From Eledone cirrhosa (lineage: Eukaryota), in NCBI GenBank assembly GCA_964016885.1, contig OZ024744.1, positions 18,414,001-18,478,000 on the forward strand: 64,000 nucleotides of DNA, in the 5' to 3' direction. This document shows positions 1 through 11,055 of this stretch, in pieces. The notes below the pieces were generated by a model that worked only from the letters and a program-made list of their open reading frames with translations, was not told where the DNA came from and did not search any database. The position numbers and the translations under genes are program-made. The stretch's first letter is position 1, and the number at the start of each line of letters is the position of its first letter.

Positions 1-3000
1 TGTGTCACTGTGTATGTCATTGTGAGTTTCTGTATGTCTGTGTCACTGTGTATGTCACTGTATCTTTGTGTATGTCTGTGTCACTGTGTATGTCACTGTG
101 TGTTTCTGTATGTCTGTGTCACTGTGTATGTCACTGTATCTCTCTGTATGTCTGTGTCACTGTCTATGTCGCTGTATGTTTCTGAATGTCTGTGTCACTG
201 TGTATGTCACTGTGTGTTTCTGTATGTCTGTGTCACGGTGTATGTCACTGTATGTTTGTGTGTGTCTATGTCACTGTGTATGTCACTGTGTGTTTCTGTA
301 TGTCTGTGTCACTGTCTATGTCACTGTATGTTTCTGAGTGTCTGTGTCACTGTGTATGTCACTGTGTGTTTCTGTATATCTGTGTCACGGTGTATGTCAC
401 TGAATGTTTGTGTGTGTCTGTGTCACTGTGTATGTCACTGTGTGTTTCTGTATATCTGTGTCACGGTGTATGTCACTGAATGTTTGTGTGTGTCTGTGTC
501 ACTGTGTTTGTCACTGTGTGTTTCTGTATGTCTGTGTCACCGTGTATGTCACGGTATCTTTGTATATGCCTGTGTCACTGTGTATGTCACTGTGTGTTTC
601 TGTATTTCTGTGTCACTGTGTATGTCACTGTGTGTTTCTGTATGTTTGTGTCACTGTGTATGTCACTAAATGTTTGTGTGTGTCTGTGTCTCTGTGTATG
701 TCACTGTGTGTTTGCGTGTGTCTGTGTCACCGTGTATGTCACTGTGTGTTTCTGTATGTCTGTGTCACTGTGTATGTCACCGTGTGTTTGTGTATGTCTG
801 TGTCATTGTGTGTGTTTCTGTATGTCTGTGTCACTGTGTATGTCACTGTATGTTTCTGTATGTATGTGTCACTGTGTATGTCACTGTATCTTTGTGTATG
901 TCTGTGTCACTCCGTATGTCACTGTGTGTTTCTGTATGTCTGTGTCAATGTGTATGTCACTGTGTGTTTCTGTATGTCTGTGTCACTGTGTATGTCACTG
1001 TATATTTGTGTATGTCTGTTTCACTGTGTATGTCACTGTGTGTTTCTGTATGTCTGTGTCACTCTGTATGTCACTGTATGTTTCTGAATGTTTGTGTCAC
1101 TGTGTATGTCACTGTGTGTTTGCGTGTGTCTGTGTCACTGTGTATGTCACTGTGTGTTTCTGTATGTCTGTGTGACAGTGTATGTCACTCTGTGTTTGTG
1201 TATGTCTGTGTCACTGTGTGTGTTTCTGTATGTCTGTGTCACTGTGTATGTCATTGTATCTTTGTGTATGTATGTGTCACTGTGTATGTCACTGTATCTT
1301 TGTGTATGTCTGTGTCATTTTGTATGTCACTGTGTGTTTCTGTATGTTTGTGTCACTGTGTATGTCACTGTGTGTTTCTGTATATCTGTGTCTCTGTGTA
1401 TGTTACTTTATCTTTGTGTATGTCTGTGTCACTGTGTATGTCAATGTATCTTTGTGTATGTCTGTGTCACGGTGTATATCACTGTATGTTTGTGTATGTC
1501 TGTGTCACTCTATATGTCACTGTATGTTTGTGTATGTCTGTGTGACTGTGTATGTCACTGTATGTTACAGTATGTCTGTGTCACTGTGTATGTCACTGTG
1601 TGTTTCTGTATGTCTGCGTCTCTGTGTATGTCACTGTAACGTTGTGTATCTTTGTGTCACTGTGTATGTCACTGTATCTTTGTGTATGTCTGTGTCACTG
1701 TGTATGTCATTGTGAGTTTCTGTATGTCTGTGTCACTGTGTATGTCACTGTATCTTTGTGTATGTCTGTGTCACTGTGTATGTCACTGTGTGTTTCTGTA
1801 TGTCTGTGTCACTGTGTATGTCACTGTATCTCTCTGTATGTCTGTGTCACTGCCTATGTCACTGTATCTTTGTGTATGTCTGTGTCACTGTATATGTCAC
1901 TGTATCTTTGTGTATGTCTACGTCACTGTGTATGTCACTGTGTGTTTCTGAATGTCTGTGTCTTTGTGTATGTCACTGTACCTTTGTGTAATGTCTGTGT
2001 CACTGTGTATGTCACTGTGTGTTTCTGTATGTCTGTGTCACTGTGTGTTTCTGTATATCTGCGTCTCTGTGTATGTCACTGTAACGTTGTGTATCTTTGT
2101 GTCGCTGTGTATGTCACTGTATCTTTGTGTATGTCTGTGTCACTGTGTATGTCACTGTGTGTTTCTGTATGTCTGTGTCACTGTGTATGTCACTGTATCT
2201 CTCTGTATGTCTGTGTCACTGCCTATGTCACTGTATCTTTGTGTATGTCTGCGTCACTGTGTATGTCACTGTGTGTTTCTGTATGTCTGTGTCTCTGTGT
2301 ATCTGTCACTGTATCTTTGTGTATGTCTGTATCACTGTGTATGTCACTGTGTGTTTCTGTATGTCTGTGTGACTGTGTATGTCACTGTGTGTTTGTGTAT
2401 GTATGTGTCACTGTGTGTGTTTCTGTATGTCTGTGTCACTGTGTATGTCACTGTATGTTTCTGTATGTATGTGTCACTGTGTATGTCACTGTATCTTTGT
2501 GTATGTCTGTGTCACTATGTATGACACTTTGTGTTTCTGTATGTCTGTGTCAATGTGTATGTCACTGTGTGTTTCTGTATGTCTGTGTCACTGTGTATGT
2601 CACTGTATGTTTCTGTATGTCTGTTTCACTGTGTATGTCACTGTGTGTTTCTGTATGTCTGTGTCACTCTGTATGTTACTGTATGTTTATGTATGTATGT
2701 GTCACTGTGTATGTCACAGTGTGTTTCTGTATGTCTGTGTCACTGTGTATGTCACTGTATCTCTCTGTATGTCTGTGTCACTGTCTATGTCACTGTATCT
2801 TTGTGTATGTCTGCGTCACTGTGTATGTCACTGTGTGTTTCTGTATGGCTCTGTCTCTGTGTATGTCACTGGATCTTTGTGTATGTCTGTATCACTGTTT
2901 ATGTCACTGTGTGTTTCTGTATGTCTGTTTGACTCTGTATGTCACTGTGTGTTTCTGTATGTCTGTGTCACTGTGTATGTCACTGTGTGTTTCTGTATGT

Positions 3001-4694
3001 CTGTGTCACTGTCTATGTCGCTCTATGTTTCTGAATGTGTGTGTCACTGTTTATGTCACTGTGTGTTTCTGTATGTCTGTGTCACGGTGTATGTCACTGT
3101 ATGTTTGTGTGTGTCTATGTCACTGTGTATGTCACTGTGTGTTTCTGTATGTCTGTGTCACCGTGTATGTCACTGTATCTTTGTGTATGCCTGTGTCACT
3201 GTGTATGTCACTGTGTGTTTCTGTATGTCTGTGTCACTGTGTATGTCACTGTGTGTTTCTGTATGTCTGTGGCACTGTGTATGTCACTGTGTGTTTCTGT
3301 ATGTCTGTGTCACTGTCTATGTCGCTGTATGTTTCTGAATGTCTGTGTCACTGTGTATGTCACTGTGTGTTTCTATATGTCTGTGTCACTGTCTATGTCA
3401 CTGAATGTTTCTGAATGTCTGTGTCACTGTGTATGTCACTGTGTGTTTCTGTATATCTGTGTCACGGTGTATGTCACTGAATGTTTGTGTGTGTCTGTGT
3501 CACTGTGTTTGTCACTGTGTGTTTCTGTATGTCTGTGTCACCGTGTATGTCACGGTATCTTTGTGTATGCCTGTGTCACTGTGTATGTCACTGTGTGTTT
3601 CTGTGTTTCTGTGTCAGTGTGTATGTCACTGTGTGTTTCTGTATGTTTGTGTCACTGTGTATGTCACTAAATGTTTGTGTGTGTCTGTGTCTCTGTGTAT
3701 GTCACTGTGTGTTTGCGTGTGTCTGTGTCACTGTGTATGTCACTGTGTGTTTCTGTATGTCTGTGTCACTGTGTATGTCACTGTGTGTTTGTGTATGTCT
3801 GTGTCACTGTATGTTTCTGAATGTCTGTGTCACTGTGTATGTCACTGTGTGTTTCCGTATGTATGTGTCACCGTGTATGTCACTGTATCTTTGTGTATGC
3901 CTGTGTCACTGTGTATGTCACTGTGTGTTTCTGTATGTCTGTGTCACTGTGTATGTCACTGTGTGTTTCTGTATGTTTGTGTCATTTTGTATGTCACTAA
4001 ATGTTTGTGTGTGTCTGTGTCTCTGTGTATGTCACTGTGTGTTTGCGTGTGTCTGTGTCACTGTGTATGTCACTGTGTGTTTCTGTATGTCTGTGTGACT
4101 GTGTATGTCACTGTGTGTTTGTGTATGTCTGTGTCACTGTGTGTGTTTCTGTATGTCTGTGTCACTGTGTATGTCACTGTATGTTTCTGTATGTATGTGT
4201 CACTGTGTATGTCACTGTATCTTTGTGTATGTCTGTGTCACTCTGTATGTCACTGTGTGTTTCTGTATGTCTGTGTCAATGTGTATGTCACTGTGTGTTT
4301 CTGTATGTCTGTGTCACTGTGTATGTCACTGTATGTTTATGTATGTCTGTTTCACTGTGTATGTCACTGTGTGTTTCTGTATGTCTGTGTCACTGTGTAT
4401 GTCACTGTATCTCTCTGTATGTCTGTGTCACTGTCTATGTCACTGTATCTTTGTGTATGTCTGCGTCACTGTGTATGTCACTGTGTGTTTCTGTATGTCT
4501 GTGTCTCTGTGTATGTCACTGTATCTTTGTGTATGTCTGTATCACTGTGTATGTCACTAAATGTTTGTGTGTGTCTGTGTCACTGTGTTTGTCACTGTGT
4601 GTTTCTGTATGTCTGTGTCACCGTGTATGTCACGGTATCTTTGTGTATGCCTGTGTCACTGTGTATGTCACTGTGTGTTTCTGTATTTCTGTGT

Positions 4695-4813
4695 CATACA
4701 CAGTGAAACAGACATACAGAAACATACAGTGACACAGACATACACAAACACACAGTGACATACACAGTCACACAGACATACAGAAACACACAGTGACATA
4801 CACAGTGACAAAG
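4695..4813 (-). repeat. 119-bp inverted satellite segment, exact reverse complement of 5223-5341
   Basis: This is the only CA-rich stretch on the + strand (CATACACAGTGAAACAGAC...GTGACAAAG). Its manual reverse complement matches 5223-5341 at 119/119, including the diagnostic variants CTTTGTCAC, GTGTGACTG, a 26-bp monomer and GTTTCAC. Confidence 0.97.
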
Positions 4814-5920
4814 TGTGTATGTCACTGTATATTTGTGTATGTCTGTGTCACTGTGTATGTCACTGTGTGTTTCTATATGTCTGTGTCACTGTCTATGTCA
4901 CTGTATGTTTCTGAATGTCTGTGTAACTGTGTATGTCACTGTGTGTTTCTGTGTGTCTGTGTCACGGTGTATGTCACTGTATGTTTGTGTGTGTCTGTGT
5001 CACTGTGTATGTCACTGTGTGTTTCTGTATGTCGCTGTCACCGTGTATGTCACTGTATCTTTGTGTATGCCTGTGTCACTGTGTATGTCACTGTGTGATT
5101 CTGTATGTCTGTGTCACTGTGTATGTCACTGTGTGTTTCTGTATGTTTGTGTCACTGTGTATGTCACTAAATGTTTGTGTGTGTCTGTGTCTCTGTCTAT
5201 GTCACTGTGTGTTTGCGTGTGTCTTTGTCACTGTGTATGTCACTGTGTGTTTCTGTATGTCTGTGTGACTGTGTATGTCACTGTGTGTTTGTGTATGTCT
5301 GTGTCACTGTATGTTTCTGTATGTCTGTTTCACTGTGTATGTCACTGTGTGTTTCTGTATGTATGTGTCACCGTGTATGTCACTGTATCTTTGTGTATGT
5401 CTTTGTCACTGTGTATGTCACTGTGTGTTTCTGTATGTTTGTGTCACTGTGCATGTCACTAAATGTTTGTGTGTGTCTGTGTCTCTGTGTATGTCACTGT
5501 GTGTTTGCGTGTGTCTGTGTCACTGTGTATGTCACTGTGTGTTTCTGTATGTCTGTGTGACTGTGTATGTCACTCTGTGTTTGTGTATGTCTGTGTCACT
5601 GTGTGTGTTTCTGTATGTCTGTGTCACTGTGTATGTCATTGTATCTTTGTGTTTGTATGTGTCACTGTGTATGTCACTGTGTGTTTGTGTATACCTGTGT
5701 CACTGTGTATGTTACTGTGAGTTTCTGTATGTCTGTGTCACTGTGTACGTCACTGTATATTTCTGTATGTCTGTGTCAGTGTGTATGTCACTGGGTGATT
5801 CTGTATGTATGTGTCACACTGTATATCACTGTATCTTTGTGTAGGTCTGTGTCACCGTGTATGTCACTGTATCTTTATGTATGTCTGTGTCACTGTATAT
5901 GTCACTGTATCTTTGTGTAT

Positions 5921-8900
5921 GTCTACGTCACTGTGTATGTCACTGTGTGTTTCTATATGTCTGTGTCACCGTGTATGTCACTGTATCTTTGTGTATGCCT
6001 GTGTCACTGTGTATGTCACTGTGTGTTTCTGTATGTCTGTGTCACTGTGTATGTCATTGTGTGTTTCTGTATGTCTGTGGCACTGTGTATGTCACTGTGT
6101 GTTTCTGTATGTCTGTGTCACTGTCTATGTCGCTGTATGTTTCTGAATGTCTGTGTCACTGTGTATGTCTCTGTGTGTTTCTGTATGTCTGTGTCACTGT
6201 CTATGTCACTGTATGTTTCTGAATGTCTGTGTCACTGTGTATGTCACTGTGTGTTTCTGTATATCTGTGTCACGGTGTATGTCACTGAATGTTTGTGTGT
6301 GTCTGTGTCACTGTGTTTGTCACTGTGTGTTTCTGTATGTCTGTGTCACCGTGTATGTCACGGTATCTTTGTGTATGCCTGTGTCACTGTGTATGTCACT
6401 GTGTGTTTCTGTATTTCTGTGTCACTGTGTATGTCACTGTGTGTTTCTGTATGTTTGTGTCACTGTGTATGTCACTAAATGTTTGTGTGTGTCTGTGTCT
6501 CTGTGTATGTCACTGTGTGTTTGCGTGTGTCTGTGTCACTGTGTATGTCACTGTGTTTCTGTATGTCTGTGTCACTGTGTATGTCACTGTGTGTTTGTGT
6601 ATGTATGTGTCACTGTATGTTTCTGAATGTCTGTGTCACTGTGTATGTCACTGTGTGTTTCCGTATGTATGTGTCACCGTGTATGTCACTGTATCTTTGT
6701 GTATGCCTGTGTCACTGTGTATGTCACTGTGTGTTTCTGTATGTCTGTGTCACTGTGTATGTCACTGTGTGTTTCTGTATGTTTGTGTCATTGTGTATGT
6801 CACTAAATGTTTGTCTGTGTCTGTGTCTCTGTGTATGTCACTGTGTGTTTGCGTGTGTCTGTGTCACTGTGTATGTCACTGTGTGTTTCTGTATGTCTGT
6901 GTGACTGTGTATGTCACTGTGTGTTTGTGTATGTCTGTGTCACTGTGTGTGTTTCTGTATGTCTGTGTCACTGTGTATGTCACTGTATGTTTCTTTATGT
7001 ATGTGTCACTGTGTATGTCACTGTATCTTTGTGTATGTCTGTGTCACTCTGTATTTCACCGTGTGTTTCTGTATGTCTGTGTCAATGTGTATGTCACTGT
7101 GTGTTTCTGTATGTCTGTGTCACTGTGTATGTCACTGTATGTTTCTGAATGTTTGTGTCACTGTGTATGTCACTGTGTGTTTGCGTGTGTCTGTGTCACT
7201 GTGTATGTCACTGTGTGTTTCTGTATGTCTGTGTGACTGTGTATGTCACTCTGTGTTTGTGTATGTCTGTGTCACTGTGTGTGTTTCTGTATGTCTGTGT
7301 CACTGTGTATGTCATTGTATCTTTGTGTATGTATGTGTCACTGTGTATGTCACTGTATTTTTGAGTATGTCTGTGTCATTGTGTATGTCACTGTGTGTTT
7401 CTGTATGTTTGTGTCACTGTGTATGTCACTGTGTGTTTCTGTATATCTGTGTCTCTGTGTATGTTACTGTATCTTTGTGTATGTCTGCGTCACTGTGTAT
7501 GTCACTGTATCTTTGTGTATGTCTGTGTCACGGTGTATATCACTGTATGTTTGTGTATGTCTGTGTCACTCTATATGTCACTGTATGTTACTGTATGTAT
7601 GTGTCACTGTGTATGTCAATGTGTGTTTCTGTATCTCTGTGTCACGGTGTATGTCACTGTATGTTTGTGTATGTTTGTGTGACTGTGTATGTCACTGTAT
7701 GTTACTGTATGTCTGTGTCACTGTGTATGTCACTGTGTGTTTCTGTATGTCTGTGTCACTGTGTATGTCACTGTATATTTGTGTATGTCTGTGTCACTGT
7801 GTATGTCACTGTGTGTTTCTGTATGTCTGTGTCACTGTCTATGTCACTGTATGTTTCTGAATGTCTGTGTAACTGTGTATGTCACTGTGTGTTTCTGTGT
7901 GTCTGTGTCACGGTGTATGTCACTGTATGTTTGTGTGTGTCTGTGTCATTGTGTATGTCACTGTGTGTTTCTGTATGTCGCTGTCACCGTGTATGTCACT
8001 GTATATTTGTGTATGCCTGTGTCACTGTGTATGTCACTGTGTGTTTCTGTATGTCTGTGTCACTGTGTATGTCACTGTGTGTGTCTATGTCACTGTGTAT
8101 GTCACTGTGTGTTTCTATATGTATGTGTCACCGTATATGTCACTGTATCTTTGTGTATGCCTGTGTCACTGTGTATGTCACTGTGTGTTTCTGTATGTCT
8201 GTGTCACTGTGTATGTCACTGTGTGTTTCTGTATGTATGTGGCACTGTGTATGTCACTGTGTGTTTCTGTATGTCTGTGTCACTGTCTATGTCGCTGTAT
8301 GTTTCTGAATGTCTGTGTCACTGTGTATGTCACTGTGTGTTTCTGTATATCTGTGTCACTGTCTATGTCACTGTATGTTTCTGAATGTCTGTGTCACTGT
8401 GTATGTCACTGTGTGTTTCTGTATATCTGTGTCACGGTGTATGTCACTGAATGTTTGTGTGTGTCTGTGTCACTGTGTTTGTCACTGTGTGTTTCTGTAT
8501 GTCTGTGTCACCGTGTATGTCACGGTATCTTTGTGTATGCCTGTGTCACTGTGTATGTCACTGTGTGTTTCTGTATTTCTGTGTCACTGTGTATGTCACT
8601 GTGTGTTTCTGTATGTTTGTGTCACTGTGTATGTCACTAAATGTTTGTGTGTGTCTGTGTCTCTGTGTATGTCACTGTGTGTTTGCGTGTGTCTGTGTCA
8701 CTGTGTATGTCACTGTGTGTTTCTGTATGTCTGTGTCACTGTGTATGTCACTGTGTGTTTGTGTATGTCTGTGTCACTGTATGTTTCTGAATGTCTGTGT
8801 CACTGTGTATGTCACTGTGTGTTTCCGTATGTATGTGTCACCGTGTATGTCACTGTATCTTTGTGTATGCCTGTGTCACTGTGTATGTCACTGTGTGTTT

Positions 8901-10245
8901 CTGTATGTCTGTGTCACTGTGTATGTCACTGTGTGTTTCTGTATGTTTGTGTCATTGTGTATGTCACTAAATGTTTGTGTGTGTCTGTGTCTCTGTGTAT
9001 GTCACTGTGTGTTTGCGTGTGTCTGTGTCACTGTGTATGTCACTGTGTGTTTCTGTATGTCTGTGTGACTGTGTATGTCACTTGTGTTTGTGTATGTCTG
9101 TGTCACTGTGTGTGTTTCTGTATGTCTGTGTCACTGTGTATGTCACTGTATGTTTCTGTATGTATGTGTCACTGTGTATGTCACTGTATCTTTGTGTATG
9201 TCTGTGTCACTCTGTATGTCACCGTGTGTTTCTGTATGTCTGTGTCAATGTGTATGTCACTGTGTGTTTCTGTATGTCTGTGTCACTGTGTATGTCACTG
9301 TATGTTTCTGAATGTTTGTGTCACTGTGTATGTCACTGTGTGTTTGCGTGTGTCTGTGTCACTGTGTATGTCACTGTGTGTTTCTGTATGTCTGTGTGAC
9401 TGTGTATGTCACTCTGTGTTTGTGTATGTCTGTGTCACTGTGTGTGTTTCTGTATGTCTGTGTCACTGTGTATGTCATTGTATCTTTGTGTATGTATGTG
9501 TCACTGTGTATGTCACTGTATTTTTGTGTATGTCTGTGTCATTGTGTATGTCACTGTGTGTTTCTGTATGTTTGTGTCACTGTGTATGTCACTGTGTGTT
9601 TCTGTATATCTGTGTCTCTGTGTATGTTACTGTATCTTTGTGTATGTCTGTGTCACTGTGTATGTCACTGTATCTTTGTGTATGTCTGTGTCACGGTGTA
9701 TATCACTGTATGTTTGTGTATGTCTGTGTCACTCTATATGTCACTGTATGTTACTGTATGTATGTGTCACTGTGTATGTCAATGTGTGTTTCTGTATCTC
9801 TGTGTCACGGTGTATGTCACTGTATGTTTGTGTATGTTTGTGTGACTGTGTATGTCACTGTATGTTACTGTATGTCTGTGTCACTGTGTATGTCACTGTG
9901 TGTTTCTGTATGTCTGTGTCACTGTGTATGTCACTGTATATTTGTGTATGTCTGTGTCACTGTGTATGTCACTGTGTGTTTCTGTATGTCTGTGTCACTG
10001 TCTATGTCACTGTATGTTTCTGAATGTCTGTGTAACTGTGTATGTCACTGTGTGTTTCTGTGTGTCTGTGTCACGGTGTATGTCACTGTATGTTTGTGTG
10101 TGTCTGTGTCATTGTATATGTCACTGTGTGTTTCTGTATGTCGCTGTCACCGTGTATGTCACTGTATCTTTGTGTATGCCTGTGTCACTGTGTATGTCAC
10201 TGTGTGTTTCTGTATGTCTGTGTCACTGTGTATGTCACTGTGTGT
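5921..10245 (+). repeat. Older tandem duplication of about 2,163 bp (5921-8082 / 8083-10245), nested in the 13.9-kb unit
   Basis: ORF offsets of 2162-2164 (6289/8451, 6807/8971, 7149/9312), with several substitutions, a 2-bp deletion near 6555 and a 1-bp deletion near 9082. Confidence 0.88.
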
Positions 10246-11055
10246 TTCTGTATGTTTGTGTCACTGTGTATGTCACTAAATGTTTGTGTGTGTCTGTGTC
10301 TCTGTCTATGTCACTGTGTGTTTGCGTGTGTCTTTGTCACTGTGTATGTCACTGTGTGTTTCTGTATGTCTGTGTGACTGTGTATGTCACTGTGTGTTTG
10401 TGTATGTCTGTGTCACTGTATGTTTCTGTATGTCTGTTTCACTGTGTATGTCACTGTGTGTTTCTGTATGTATGTGTCACCGTGTATGTCACTGTATCTT
10501 TGTGTATGCCTTTGTCACTGTGTATGTCACTGTGTGTTTCTGTATGTTTGTGTCACTGTGTATGTCACTAAATGTTTGTGTGTGTCTGTGTCTCTGTCTA
10601 TGTCACTGTGTGTTTGCTTGTGTCTGTGTCACTGTGTATGTCACTGTGTGTTTCTGTATGTCTGTGTGACTGTGTATGTCACTCTGTGTTTGTGTATGTC
10701 TGTGTCACTGTGTGTGTTTCTGTATGTCTGTGTCACTGTGTATGTCATTGTATCTTTGTGTTTGTATGTGTCACTGTGTATGTCACTGTGTGTTTGTGTA
10801 TACCTGTGTCACTGTGTATGTTAATGTGAGTTTCTGTATGTCTGTGTCACTGTGTACGTCACTGTATATTTCTGTATGTCTGTGTCAGTGTGTATGTCAC
10901 TGGGTGATTCTGTATGTCTGTGTCACACTGTATATCACTGTATCTTTGTGTAGGTCTGTGTCACCGTGTATGTCACTGTATCTTTATGTATGTCTGTGTC
11001 ACTGTATATGTCACTGTATCTTTGTGTATGTCTACGTCACTGTGTATGTCACTGT
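9923..11055 (+). repeat. Block of about 1.1 kb related to 4814-5946 (offset 5,109)
   Basis: ORF pairs 4933/10042, 5171/10280 and 5805/10914. Shared markers include GTAACTG, GTCGCTGTCACC, ATACCTG, CTGGGTGATTC, GTAGGTC and CTACGTC. Ends are approximate. Confidence 0.8.

Noticed and set aside
4695-5341. MITE or DNA transposon bounded by 119-bp terminal inverted repeats
   Set aside because: The interior and both arms are ordinary satellite, the right arm is collinear with uninverted copies elsewhere (e.g. 10332), and no distinct target-site duplication is visible.
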